Positions 9,748 to 20,464 of a stretch of DNA of 64,000 nt are shown here, piece after piece. The position numbers and the translations under genes were made by a program. Each line of letters opens with the position of its first letter. Position 1 is the first letter of the stretch. This DNA comes from Nitrosopumilaceae archaeon (GTDB taxonomy: Archaea; Thermoproteota; Nitrososphaeria; Nitrososphaerales; Nitrosopumilaceae). The stretch lies in assembly GCA_965208905.1 (NCBI GenBank), contig OZ242365.1, positions 832,001 to 896,000 of the forward strand. Reading direction: 5' to 3'. The notes under the pieces are model-generated. The model saw nothing but the letters and a program-made list of their open reading frames with translations. It made no database searches and was not told the origin of the DNA.

Positions 9748-11046
9748 CTACGGGTTATACTCTTCGGAGATTTCCTTTACTACTCCGGCAGCGATAGTAG
9801 CGCCCATATCGCGCAGTGCAAATCTGCCCAATTCAGGAAATTCTTGGAATGTTTCAATTGGGGTTGGTCTCACTGGGCGAATCTTTACCATTGCCGAATC
9901 TCCAACCTTTAGGAATTTTGGATTCTCCTCTTCAACAGCGCCAGTTGCAGGATTCATCTTTTGCAAGAATTCAGTAATAGTGGCGGCTACCTGTGCCGTA
10001 TGACAGTGCATCACCGGGGTGTATCCTGGTGCTAGTGCTGTAGGGTGGTGTATGACTATAATTTGTGCCTTAAACTCCTTGGCAACCTGTGGCGGTTTGT
10101 CTGGAGTACCCAGAACATCGCCCCTTTTGATATCTTTCTTGTCTATTCCCCGAAGGTTAAAGCCTATGTTATCGCCGGCCTGAGCTGACGGCATTGCAGT
10201 GTGGTGAGTCTCTATTGACTTTATCTCGCCTACAGAGCCTGATGGCATCACTATGATCTTGTCACCTGGTGCCATCTTGCCTGTCTCGACTCGACCGACA
10301 GGAACGGTTCCGACTCCTGTGATTGTATATACGTCTTGTATTGGTACTCGTAATGGCTTGCCTATGGGCTTTTCATCGGCTTTAAAGTCGTCAAATGCCT
10401 CGAGCAACGTCTTTCCTTTATACCACGACATGTTATCAGATCTCTTAACTAGGTTATCACCCTTCCAACCTGAGACTGGAATAAATGGCACAGCATCTAC
10501 CTTGTATCCGACGGATCTTATCAGTGCAGTACCTTTTTTGACTGCCGCATTGTAGCCTTCCTCCTTGTAGTCTACAGCATCCATCTTGTTTATGGCAACA
10601 ACAAGTTGTTTTACGCCCAATGTCCGTAGCAGAAAGGCGTGTTCACGAGCCTGTCCACCAGGAGCTACTGCGGTATCAGTCTCTCCCTCCTTTGCAGACA
10701 AGACAAGCACTGCACAATCTGCTTCCGAAGCACCAGTAATCATATTTTTAATAAAGTCCCTATGGCCGGGAGCATCAATCAAAGTGAAGAAGAATTTTTT
10801 TGTCTCGAATTTTTGAAATGCCAAGTCAATTGTAATGCCCCTCTCACGTTCGTCCTTAATGTTATCCATAACCCAAGCATACTTGAAAGTATCACCCTTG
10901 CCGGTCTTTTCTGATTCGGCTGCGTGTGATGCAATTGTTCGTTCATCAACCACGCCCAAATCCATCAGAAAATGGCCCATTGTAGTGGATTTACCATTGT
11001 CTATGTGACCTGTTATTATCAGGTTTAGATGGTCTTTTTCTGCCAT
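9748..11046 (-). CDS. tuf: Elongation factor 1-alpha
   Basis: GHIDNGKST, RGITID, DAPGH, NKMD. Confidence 0.98.
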   Translation of the reverse strand: MAEKDHLNLIITGHIDNGKSTTMGHFLMDLGVVDERTIASHAAESEKTGKGDTFKYAWVMDNIKDERERGITIDLAFQKFETKKFFFTLIDAPGHRDFIKNMITGASEADCAVLVLSAKEGETDTAVAPGGQAREHAFLLRTLGVKQLVVAINKMDAVDYKEEGYNAAVKKGTALIRSVGYKVDAVPFIPVSGWKGDNLVKRSDNMSWYKGKTLLEAFDDFKADEKPIGKPLRVPIQDVYTITGVGTVPVGRVETGKMAPGDKIIVMPSGSVGEIKSIETHHTAMPSAQAGDNIGFNLRGIDKKDIKRGDVLGTPDKPPQVAKEFKAQIIVIHHPTALAPGYTPVMHCHTAQVAATITEFLQKMNPATGAVEEENPKFLKVGDSAMVKIRPVRPTPIETFQEFPELGRFALRDMGATIAAGVVKEISEEYNP

Positions 11047-11260
11047 ACAAATCTAGAATTCTGTCTGTATATATACCAATCCATCTTGATTTTTTTGTAA
11101 TTAATGGCTCCTCTCTTAAAGATGTGTGATGAATGAGAGACAGTATTCTGTATAGTCTTGCATTACTAACAATCATACGTGTATAAATAGCGAATATGAC
11201 CTTGATTATTACATATTCTTGCAGAAATAAACTAAAATAATAACGGCGTAGTACAGATAC

Positions 11261-12316
11261 TCTGTTGTACAAAAATTAGGTTCGACTAAGTTCTGGTTGC
11301 AAGCAAAGGAATACTTCACGCTTTATCGATCACGAAAAAAGATGAAAATGACAAAGTTGACGGATAAACAGATACGATACGCCATAAGGGAACGTGGTAA
11401 GGGTAAGACGCTTGTTGACATAGCAGACGATATAGGTGTAACACCACAACATGTAGGACGACTATGTGCAGAGTTTACAAGAACAGGACAGATACACGTG
11501 CAACAAAAGCCAGGCCGGCCAGTCCACCCACCACCGTCGGCAGAGGAGGTCCGAACCGTGTTGAACAAACATGCAGAGGAAGATGTAGGCATCATACGAA
11601 CAGCAAGGAGGGTCAGAAAAGACAATCCGAATATAAGCTATGCCACCATATATCGCATAATGAAAGAACATGGACTAGTCACATCATCTGTAGCAAAATC
11701 CAAAAAAAGAAAATACGTTAGGTATGAGCGCAAATATTCCAATGCCATGTGGCATGTTGACTGGCATATAATGAAGGATCAACGCTTTGCAGGGCTCAAC
11801 CTAGTCACATTTCTAGATGATTCATCAAGGTGTATAACGGGTGCTGCCCTATTCAAGGAAGCCACCTCAGAAAACGTAGTAGATGTGCTGCGACAAGCAA
11901 TAGCGAGATTTGGTACACCGGCCACTATCCTCTCAGATAATGGTAGGTGTTTTAACGGGGGAAGAAGGCATGACGATTCACCTAAGGGCAAATGGAAGCC
12001 TACTGCGTTTGAGGCCGAGTTGTTAGACCGTGGAATCGAGATGATAAACTCACGACCGTATCATCCGCAGACAAACGGCAAACTGGAACGCTTTCACGGT
12101 AGTATAGAGACAGAGATACATCATTATGATAGTCTATCTTCCTATATAGAGTACTATAATGAGCGCAGACTTCACTTTTCGTTGGATATTGACAACTACG
12201 AGACACCACTACAGGCATTTTCTGTCAGAAAGGCCACAAAAGCGATCAGAGAAAAGGACCCAAAATGGATGGAGAGAGATACCGATGATTAACGAACATA
12301 ATTTTCATATAAAACA
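11261..12316 (+). mobile_element. IS481-family insertion sequence, copy 1 (1056 bp)
   Basis: (TC)TGTTGTAC...ATAAAACA imperfect TIRs; 15-bp direct repeat GCGTAGTACAGATAC at 11246-11260 and 12317-12331. Confidence 0.92.
11342..12292 (+). CDS. IS481-family DDE transposase (rve integrase core)
   Basis: N-terminal HTH; WHVD, LDDSSR, SDNG, PQTNGKLERF. Confidence 0.93.
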   Translation: MKMTKLTDKQIRYAIRERGKGKTLVDIADDIGVTPQHVGRLCAEFTRTGQIHVQQKPGRPVHPPPSAEEVRTVLNKHAEEDVGIIRTARRVRKDNPNISYATIYRIMKEHGLVTSSVAKSKKRKYVRYERKYSNAMWHVDWHIMKDQRFAGLNLVTFLDDSSRCITGAALFKEATSENVVDVLRQAIARFGTPATILSDNGRCFNGGRRHDDSPKGKWKPTAFEAELLDRGIEMINSRPYHPQTNGKLERFHGSIETEIHHYDSLSSYIEYYNERRLHFSLDIDNYETPLQAFSVRKATKAIREKDPKWMERDTDD

Positions 12317-12368
12317 GCGTAGTACAGATACATTTAACAATAAATCATAGTAAATTGTTTTGTTTAGT

Positions 12369-13502
12369 ATGGATGTAACAATCTCCGCCATAAAAGCAGA
12401 TGTGGGTGGTATTGGGGGGCACACAAGACCCAGTGACGGACTACTTGATGCTGTACGGCGAGTAGTAAGAGGTTCTGAAGATCTCTTGCTGGATCACTAC
12501 ATTGGATACTGTGGTGATGATGTTCACATAATAATGAGCCATACTCATGGTGTGGATAACACAAAGATACATGCATTGGCATGGGAGGCATTTATGGCAG
12601 GTACACAGGTAGCAAAAGATGAAGGGCTGTATGGAGCAGGACAAGATCTACTGAGTGACTCGTTTTCAGGTAATGTAAAAGGAATGGGACCAGGTGTGGC
12701 AGAGATGCAGTTTGAAGAGAGACCAAATGAGGCATTTGTTGTCTTTGCTGCTGATAAGACAGAGCCTGGCGCTTTCAACTATCCCATGTATCGACTCTTT
12801 GTTGATTCACTGAGTAATACAGGGCTGATAGTCAACAAATCACTGGCACAAGGGGTTAGATTTAGAATTATGGATGTAGAAGAGGGCACCGTGGCAGATT
12901 TGGAGTTGTGGCAGGATAAACCAACACTAGAGGCAGCCTTGATGTATCCGGGTCGTTACGTTATAGATTCTATTGAGACTAAGGATGGTGAACCCATAAT
13001 GGCGGCATCAACTGACCGATTACACAATATAGCAGGAACATATGTGGGCAAAGATGATCCCATCTGTGTTGTAAGGACACAGAAAAAATTCCCTGCTACC
13101 GAAGAGGCTGGTAGCGTATTTAGCAATCCACATCTGGTGGCAGGCAACACCCGCGGAAGTCATAATATGCCCCTAATGCCGGTGACTCTCAACTCTGCGG
13201 CCACCATTAACTTTTGCATACCCATAGTTGAATCGGCTGTGTTTAGTATGAAGATGGGTAAATTTACAGGACCATTTGATGGGTTCTCGACGGCAGACTG
13301 GGATGCAGTGCGCAATATTGCTGTACAGAGGGCTCAGTCTATACGGAGTCAGGGCTTTATTCATCCGGCTACACTGGTACCCTCAGAGTTGGAGTATGCT
13401 GAAGGGTACCGAGCTAGAATATCTGATTTGGAGCAAAAGATGAAATCATTAGAAAAAGTAAAAAGCATACAACGCAAAGAAGCATATGAGGATCCGGACT
13501 AG
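12369..13502 (+). CDS. fbp: Bifunctional fructose-1,6-bisphosphate aldolase/phosphatase
   Basis: IKADVGG, YGAGQDLL, GNVKGMGPG, YVGKDDP. Confidence 0.95.
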   Translation: MDVTISAIKADVGGIGGHTRPSDGLLDAVRRVVRGSEDLLLDHYIGYCGDDVHIIMSHTHGVDNTKIHALAWEAFMAGTQVAKDEGLYGAGQDLLSDSFSGNVKGMGPGVAEMQFEERPNEAFVVFAADKTEPGAFNYPMYRLFVDSLSNTGLIVNKSLAQGVRFRIMDVEEGTVADLELWQDKPTLEAALMYPGRYVIDSIETKDGEPIMAASTDRLHNIAGTYVGKDDPICVVRTQKKFPATEEAGSVFSNPHLVAGNTRGSHNMPLMPVTLNSAATINFCIPIVESAVFSMKMGKFTGPFDGFSTADWDAVRNIAVQRAQSIRSQGFIHPATLVPSELEYAEGYRARISDLEQKMKSLEKVKSIQRKEAYEDPD

Positions 13503-13979
13503 ATGCACCCCATACAGCGTACCATGAAGACGATGTACAGTAATATCTCTCCCTTGCTTAACTGGAAGGGATATATGCTGATGGTTGTAGCATCAATAAC
13601 ATTTGTAAATATTGTACTTGTGATATTTGGAAATACAATACCCAATGTGTTTTTGGTGATATTTGGAAATACAATACCTGGCGTATTTCAGACTGTATTC
13701 AAAGTAGCTGCTGGCGGTGTGATATTGGGAGCGGTAGTTGTATTTGCCATGGCATGGTTGCTGAGGGCCAAACCACAAAACCGACCTCGGGCGTATCGTG
13801 TAATGATATTTGATGTCTTTGGAAGAGAGTCTGTAGTTGAGGGTTTGCGGCTTGACTTTCGAAACCATGATGTTGCATGGAGCCACATGAAGGATTACAA
13901 GAAGAGATACCCGTTGCACAACTTTGCCTTGGTGGGGGACGTAAAAGGAAACAAGCCTACCATATATCGATATATCTGA
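13503..13979 (+). CDS. Hypothetical membrane protein with internal 12-aa duplication
   Basis: TM helices; LVIFGNTIPxVF twice. Confidence 0.7.
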   Translation: MHPIQRTMKTMYSNISPLLNWKGYMLMVVASITFVNIVLVIFGNTIPNVFLVIFGNTIPGVFQTVFKVAAGGVILGAVVVFAMAWLLRAKPQNRPRAYRVMIFDVFGRESVVEGLRLDFRNHDVAWSHMKDYKKRYPLHNFALVGDVKGNKPTIYRYI

Positions 13980-14254
13980 CAAGAAGACGGCAAGAGATAG
14001 CAACCTAGAAAAAGTTGGACATTTTGCGATCTAGACTGCATATGTGGTATTTATAGTCGTGTGAAGATGTTGACTGCCCTTTACAGAATGAAGAGATGTT
14101 TACCAGGCTACGAGATTTACAACTTTGAGTCCCTATCTCCTTTGACAACCGCCCTTTGCTTATACTCGGCACATTTAGCTTCAAACATGTATTGCAAACT
14201 TTTAAAGTTTGATTTTGAAACCAAAACATCCGAATATATGATTCAACAACTAAT

Positions 14255-14707
14255 TTAGATTCTCCCAGTTATGGTATTTTTGTTGGTGTTGTACCATGTG
14301 GTGATGTATTCTCCTACGCCACAGGGTCGATTGTTTATTGCCAAATGAGAGAATGTCTTACCTGGGTTGATCGAACCGTGAGTATGCAATGTATTATGGG
14401 GTATATGTACAACATCACCAATATCCAGTGGTATCTCACCGGTCTTTGTAATTTTAAATGATCCATCAACACCCTCCTCGGTATCTGCTTGGTATATCTC
14501 AAGACTGCCCCTGCCCTCTGTTACTATGAGTGTCTGCGATCCATCATGCTTGTGAACCTTTGTTCTTGAACCTCCTTCAAAGTGGACATGATACATATCT
14601 GCTGCTGTACTGTTTAATGAAACATCCTTCATCCATACATGACCCGTAAACCAAGCAGGATTTACCTCCCGCCGTCCATCTGAGCCATGAATGTTGGCCT
14701 TTTCCAT
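14255..14707 (-). CDS. Cupin-domain protein
   Basis: HKHDGSQTLIVTEGRG ... GDVVHIPHNTLHTHG. Confidence 0.85.
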   Translation of the reverse strand: MEKANIHGSDGRREVNPAWFTGHVWMKDVSLNSTAADMYHVHFEGGSRTKVHKHDGSQTLIVTEGRGSLEIYQADTEEGVDGSFKITKTGEIPLDIGDVVHIPHNTLHTHGSINPGKTFSHLAINNRPCGVGEYITTWYNTNKNTITGRI

Positions 14708-14708
14708 T

Positions 14709-14993
14709 TTAAATTCTTCCTAAAAGCTTACTCTTTGCCACTTTATACTCCTCGTCGGTTAGTAGGCCTTCTTTCCACATACTTCCCAACTTCTCTAGAG
14801 CATCCACATCTGACTCTCTTAAGGCTATTTTTTTGGCCTCCTTTAAGCCACCTTTGACATTCTTGTCTCCGGCTTTATAGGCCTTGTCAGCCGTATCTAT
14901 GACTCCTTTTATACTGCCTTTTACTGCCTTGTCTCCGGTTTTATAGGCCTCGTCAGCCTTATCAATGGTCTTCTTCAAATAATCTTTAATCAT
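14709..14993 (-). CDS. SHOCT-domain protein
   Basis: C-terminal LEKLGSMWKEGLLTDEEYKVAKSKLL; internal repeat. Confidence 0.75.
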   Translation of the reverse strand: MIKDYLKKTIDKADEAYKTGDKAVKGSIKGVIDTADKAYKAGDKNVKGGLKEAKKIALRESDVDALEKLGSMWKEGLLTDEEYKVAKSKLLGRI

Positions 14994-15521
14994 AGATGTA
15001 GTTAGCAGATATCTACTATATATTTAAGGTGTTTTGGGAAGTTACATGGCCATGGATGATGGTGGAGAGTTAGACACATGATGACTCTTCGAAACTGCTA
15101 GGAGAGTATGTTACCTAACTGTGCATCTCCCAGCTTTGGCTATCTTGTCCGTGAGCGAGATCACATACAACCGTTCCTTGTCATAATCGACATGGTCGTT
15201 TATTGGTGATTCAGACTTTGTCACATTCGCAGTTATAGACGAGCTGGGGGATTGATACCAAAGTATCTAGATGTGTGTTTTATCAAACCCCTGCATACAC
15301 AACTTGAAATTTGACTAGTCTTTAACCTTTCACAGATGCCAATGTATAGTGTAACTGTGCAGCAAATTCAACTTATGCCCCAATCCTGTACTAGCCGACA
15401 GCGTTTCATAATTTACATGCCTTTTGACTACGGGCCGGCATGCGAATACGAAACGCTGTCAACTAACCAAAAACCATATAGCAACTGTGCATCATGTTGT
15501 CTATATGGGTGGGCATGATAC

Positions 15522-17156
15522 ATGTTAGGCAAGACACTGGGCATAGTGATAAATCGACTTACCGTAGGATTTGTCTTTGCCTTCATATATCAAGCACTCA
15601 CCGGAGCAGCCACCTCTCTACTCTCCATACCTCTTACGGGTACAATTCAAGACCTCCTATGGGGTCTGGAGAGGACTAACCAGACAGACAGTTCGTGGGC
15701 CATTGTATGGTGGGTGATATCTACCATACTGTTTACCACGATAGCCACACAATTGGTACGATTCCGTAGGTTCATATCCCCATACAAGGGCGAGAAGAGA
15801 ATCTATGAGCCACTCACCATAACTCTTCCTACTATAGTGATACTGGGAGCTGTAATGTCGTTCATATTCTTTGTCGTAGACTTGATTATAGGCACGACGA
15901 CCAATGTAACTGATATCAGTACAATATACATGGCGGCCACTACTGGAGACTATGGACCGCTGGGCATAAGCATACTCTTCTCTCTGGTGGCAGGATTTGT
16001 TGTTGTGGGTGTGATAAGTCGGGCCAGCAGAAAGGTCAAGGAACTGACTCGGGGTATGGGGGCAATAGACATGGAGCGCCTAAAGAAGAAGTTCGGCAAA
16101 GAGAAGGTAAAGACCACCGCGGATACTTTAGGTATGGCGCCCGGGGAGCTGGTCCATATAGGAAAAAAGAAGGTCGATCAGATATGGTTCTCGACCATGC
16201 AGTATGAGCGAGAACAGCTAAACGAGATAGAGCGAACCTACGATATAGATGAGTGTCTTGCCGCAGAGCCGATGAGGGTAAATTGGCTGAACATGACCGG
16301 TCTGCATGATGCCGAACCGGTTCAAGAGTTTGGAAGGAGGTTTGGTCTGCACGAGTTGCATCAGGCAGACATAATGAACACTGAGTTGCGTCCTTCTATT
16401 GATATCAGCGAGGACCACATATTCATGGTCCTAAAGATGCCGCGTTACGACGCAAATGATAACCTTGTCGTTGAACACCTGAGCATCATACTGGGAGATG
16501 AATACGTTATATCCTTTCAGGAGGATGATGGAGATGTCTTTGATCGTGTTCGCGAGAACATAAGAAAGTCTAGAGGAGAGTTCCGCAATATGCGTAGCGA
16601 TTATCTGGCATATGCCCTAATTGATGCTATAGTGGACAACTTTTTTGTGATACTAGAGAGAATCGGCAACCAGACCGAAGATTTGGAGAAAGAACTGATG
16701 GACAATCCGGATCCCCACACCCTACAAACAATATACACTCTCAAGCGTCAGATGGTGACACTGCGCCGGGTGATATGGCCCATGCGGGAAATCATAGATG
16801 GACTGGAACGAAACGACTCCCCCCTAATACACGATGGTACAAAACGCTATCTGCGAGATGCATATAACCATACAGTTCAGACCATGGATACAATAGAGTC
16901 TCTCCGAGATATGATAGGTGGAATGCTGGACACATACCTCTCTAGTGTGAGCAACAGGATGAACGAGGTTATGAAGACGCTCACCATAATCGCCAGCATA
17001 TTCATCCCAATTACATTTATCGCCGGTCTATATGGCACCAACTTTGCCCACGTTCCTGAACTGGAACTGGAGGGTGGCTACTTTATTATGCTTGGCGTAA
17101 TGGGAGTGATCTCCACCATAATGCTGATATGGTTCAAGAGAAAGGCATGGCTGTAG
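15522..17156 (+). CDS. corA: CorA Mg/Co transporter with extra N-terminal membrane domain
   Basis: DAIVDNFF, SNRMNEVMKTLT, PITFIAGLYGTNF. Confidence 0.9.
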   Translation: MLGKTLGIVINRLTVGFVFAFIYQALTGAATSLLSIPLTGTIQDLLWGLERTNQTDSSWAIVWWVISTILFTTIATQLVRFRRFISPYKGEKRIYEPLTITLPTIVILGAVMSFIFFVVDLIIGTTTNVTDISTIYMAATTGDYGPLGISILFSLVAGFVVVGVISRASRKVKELTRGMGAIDMERLKKKFGKEKVKTTADTLGMAPGELVHIGKKKVDQIWFSTMQYEREQLNEIERTYDIDECLAAEPMRVNWLNMTGLHDAEPVQEFGRRFGLHELHQADIMNTELRPSIDISEDHIFMVLKMPRYDANDNLVVEHLSIILGDEYVISFQEDDGDVFDRVRENIRKSRGEFRNMRSDYLAYALIDAIVDNFFVILERIGNQTEDLEKELMDNPDPHTLQTIYTLKRQMVTLRRVIWPMREIIDGLERNDSPLIHDGTKRYLRDAYNHTVQTMDTIESLRDMIGGMLDTYLSSVSNRMNEVMKTLTIIASIFIPITFIAGLYGTNFAHVPELELEGGYFIMLGVMGVISTIMLIWFKRKAWL

Positions 17157-17926
17157 CAGAACGAATCTACAGTATAATGGAGAATGGCGACGGACGGGCA
17201 GGTGTTGCATTTCAGATTAGCATAACTGTTTTGATAATTTTGAATATCTTATTTGTCATAATAGAGACTGAACCATCCATACATACACTATATGGGGCGC
17301 ACATGGAGGCATTTGCAACAGTATCGTTAATTATATTTGCTGGTGAGTATATACTGCGTCTGTCACTATACCGTCATAAAATGGGATCCCGCCGATTCGC
17401 TCTGATCCGTTTTGCCGTATCACCCATGATGATCGTAGACCTGATAGTCATACTTCCACTACTCTTGCCTTTCTTTGGAGTGGATACGCGCCTCATTCGT
17501 ATACTGCGTCTACTACGCCTCTTTAGTGTATTCAAGCTGGCTCGTATGTCCGATGCCATGTCAGAATTTGCCATCGTACTGAGGTCTAGAGCGTCGGACT
17601 TTGCATTGGCGTTTTGTATATTTTTCATAGTGTTGATACTTGCATCCAGCTTTATGTATTACATAGAAAGAGATGCGCAGCCAGATGTGTTCTACAGTAT
17701 ACCTGCATCCATGTGGTGGGGCATAGTGACATTGACCACCATTGGATATGGTGACACTGTACCTGTAACTCCCATAGGCAAGGCCATTGGGGCGGGTGTT
17801 GCGATACTGGGAATAGCCGTCTATGCCGTACCCACAGGAATAATCGCCACCTCCTTTAACGAGTACCGCCGGAACAAAAAAGGTGACAGATGCCCACACT
17901 GCGGCAAGAATATAGGCTTTAGATGA
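17147..17926 (+). CDS. Voltage-gated potassium channel
   Basis: S4 RLIRILRLLRLF and selectivity filter TTIGYGD. Confidence 0.92.
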   Translation: MAVAERIYSIMENGDGRAGVAFQISITVLIILNILFVIIETEPSIHTLYGAHMEAFATVSLIIFAGEYILRLSLYRHKMGSRRFALIRFAVSPMMIVDLIVILPLLLPFFGVDTRLIRILRLLRLFSVFKLARMSDAMSEFAIVLRSRASDFALAFCIFFIVLILASSFMYYIERDAQPDVFYSIPASMWWGIVTLTTIGYGDTVPVTPIGKAIGAGVAILGIAVYAVPTGIIATSFNEYRRNKKGDRCPHCGKNIGFR

Positions 17927-17971
17927 ATCTTATACGTGACTTGTAGAACTGTCTGATGCGCAGTATAATAT

Positions 17972-19333
17972 ATGCAACAGTCTTGTTCTGTAAACAAATA
18001 TTGGGCTTACAACAGATGGCAATCATTGAATAGATGGGAAGAGACATATCGTAAAAATACGCCTACATCCAGAGCGTTATTCGACAAGTCAAGACAGATG
18101 CACATCAATGGAGTCTCTCACAACATACGATACTACGAACCATATCCATTTGTAACTGCACATTCATCTGGGAGATACCTGATAGATGTGGATGCTAACA
18201 AGTATGCTGATTACTGGATGGGTCATTGGTCTCTGATATTGGGGCATGGTTCAGATTACATACTCACAAAGATCAAAGAACAGCTAAACCTTGGCTGGAT
18301 GTATGGTACAGTAAACAGACAGACTCTGGAACTATCTGAGCTAATCTCCAAAGCGATACCCGTCGCCGAGCGTATACGCTATGTAACATCCGGAACAGAA
18401 GCGGTCATGTATGCCACAAGACTTGCTCGAGCATTCACAGGTAGACGCATAATAGCCAAGATTGATGGGGGGTGGCACGGATATGCATCAGATCTCTTAA
18501 AGACGGTAAATTGGCCGTTTACAGAGCCTGAAAGTAGCGGCATTACATCAGACGAATACGTAATCTCAATTCCGTATAATGATATAGAGAAATCTCTAGA
18601 GATACTAACCAGCGTTAAAGAGCAACTGGCCGGAATTATGGTGGAGCCCATTCTTGGTGGAGCTGGGTGCATACCCGCCGAATATGACTACCTGGCAAGC
18701 TTGCAGGAATTTGCCTCAAAGTCTGGAGCACTATTCATGCTTGATGAGATAGTTACAGGGTTCAGATTAAAGTATGGGGGAATGTATGATGATATTGGAT
18801 TATCCCCAGATATCATAACCTTAGGTAAAGTAGTTGGTGGAGGGTTGTCCATTGGAGTCATCTGCGGCAGAAGTGAAGTAATGGATGTTGCCAACACCTC
18901 ACAAATGTCCCGAAAGAGACGTTGCTACATAGGCGGTGGAACATTTTCTGCAAATCCGGTATCCATGGTTGCAGGTGCTGCCACCCTAGAGACATTAAAA
19001 AATAATCCTGCAATATATCAAAAGATAAATCGTCTGGGAGCGCAGACTCGAGATAAAATTGGCAAAATATTAAAAGATAAATTACAGATGACCGGTGCTG
19101 GTTCCCTCTTTATGATGCATTTTCCCAAAGATATCACCAAGCCAATAAAAGATGCAGCCACTGTATTTGAGTGCGATACAAACATGCTGTATAATTATCA
19201 CATGTATCTGATGGCAAAAGAGAATATATTTTTTCTACCGGGCAAACTAGGGGCAGTATCAAATGCTCATGATGAGTCCGATGTTAAAGATATTATTCGG
19301 GCAACCGAAAGGTTTGTTGCCGATGAGCTATAA
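17972..19333 (+). CDS. hemL: Glutamate-1-semialdehyde 2,1-aminomutase (class III aminotransferase)
   Basis: SGTEA, DEIVTGFR, GKVVGGG, GTFSANP; true start may be a little downstream. Confidence 0.8.
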   Translation: MQQSCSVNKYWAYNRWQSLNRWEETYRKNTPTSRALFDKSRQMHINGVSHNIRYYEPYPFVTAHSSGRYLIDVDANKYADYWMGHWSLILGHGSDYILTKIKEQLNLGWMYGTVNRQTLELSELISKAIPVAERIRYVTSGTEAVMYATRLARAFTGRRIIAKIDGGWHGYASDLLKTVNWPFTEPESSGITSDEYVISIPYNDIEKSLEILTSVKEQLAGIMVEPILGGAGCIPAEYDYLASLQEFASKSGALFMLDEIVTGFRLKYGGMYDDIGLSPDIITLGKVVGGGLSIGVICGRSEVMDVANTSQMSRKRRCYIGGGTFSANPVSMVAGAATLETLKNNPAIYQKINRLGAQTRDKIGKILKDKLQMTGAGSLFMMHFPKDITKPIKDAATVFECDTNMLYNYHMYLMAKENIFFLPGKLGAVSNAHDESDVKDIIRATERFVADEL

Positions 19334-19371
19334 AGCGTTAGACTAAAATCGATGTATTATGTTGTAACTGT

Positions 19372-20193
19372 GTGGGCCTATTTGGTAGAGACGAGAATCC
19401 TGAATATTTAATGCGTCAAGCCATGCTATTTATGCAAAAAAATCAACACAAAAAAGCTGTTGGAGAATTTAAAAAAATATTAAAACAGGAACCAAGAAAT
19501 GAAAAAGTTCTATATCAAATTGGGATTGCTCTGAATGGTTTAAAAAAACACAACGACACAATAACATATGCAGATAGAATTCTTGAAATAAATCCTAAAA
19601 ATACTGGCGCCTACAACAATAAAGGAAAAGCCTTTGCAGAGATGGGCAATCTTGAATCGGCCATTAAATGTTATGATGAAGCTATTATTGCAAATTCTAA
19701 GGATTATGAGGCGTATTTTAACAAGGGTGTACTTTTAGCAAAGATTCAAGACTATGACACCGCCTTAGAACTGATTAAAAAAAGCATATCTTTGAATAAA
19801 AAAAACCCTGCTCTGCATCTGCACTCGGGAATAATTTTAGGAAAGATGAAGAAAAATAAAGAGGCATTAAAAGTTCTTGAAAACATTGAACGTAAATTTG
19901 GAGCCCATCCGGATGTTACCTTCCAGCAGGGAATACAGCTGGCAGAGATGGGCGAACACAAAAAAGCAATAAAAATATTTGAAAATATGGGAGAGTCTCA
20001 TGCAGATAATGTAAATATAATATATGCAATATCGCGTAGTCGGGCTGCCATAGGCGAGTACGATGATGCATTACGTCTGTTAAAGAAGGCCGTATCCAAG
20101 AGTCCCAAAGTAATACGGGCATGGGCCAAAGATGAAGACATCTTTAATCCACTACATGCGAATAAAGCCTTTAGACGTCTGGTAAAGATGTAG
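19372..20193 (+). CDS. TPR-repeat protein
   Basis: Repeated AYxNKG-type 34-aa units. Confidence 0.85.
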   Translation: MGLFGRDENPEYLMRQAMLFMQKNQHKKAVGEFKKILKQEPRNEKVLYQIGIALNGLKKHNDTITYADRILEINPKNTGAYNNKGKAFAEMGNLESAIKCYDEAIIANSKDYEAYFNKGVLLAKIQDYDTALELIKKSISLNKKNPALHLHSGIILGKMKKNKEALKVLENIERKFGAHPDVTFQQGIQLAEMGEHKKAIKIFENMGESHADNVNIIYAISRSRAAIGEYDDALRLLKKAVSKSPKVIRAWAKDEDIFNPLHANKAFRRLVKM

Positions 20194-20464
20194 ACTGTCT
20201 CTTTAGTGTGTCCGATAATAGTGCCGATATAAAACCATCAAATTCATCATCAGAAAAATCCACATAATCAATGAACTCCTCCTTTGATGCACACTTCAAG
20301 TGATAGCATTGTACATTGGGGTTGTAATAGTATGCAGGACAAGAACAGTAATTAAAAGATGGGGCCATCCAATGCTCGGCCTCCTTGCCAATCATGGTCC
20401 ATATGCATCTGCCACTGGGCATAAATCGATGCACCTTGACCCTTCCGTTAGATGTACTCTTCAT
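20171..20464 (-). CDS. SWIM zinc-finger protein
   Basis: CSC...CYH motif. Confidence 0.75.
   Translation of the reverse strand: MKSTSNGRVKVHRFMPSGRCIWTMIGKEAEHWMAPSFNYCSCPAYYYNPNVQCYHLKCASKEEFIDYVDFSDDEFDGFISALLSDTLKRQSTSLPDV

Noticed and set aside
11261-12316. IS481 transposase as mobiliser of the TnpB elements
   Set aside because: Different ends (TGT..ACA vs GG..CC) and TSD length (15 vs 8-9 bp)
15050-15500. Degraded transposase remnant
   Set aside because: Only vague peptide resemblance with multiple stops; no ends identified
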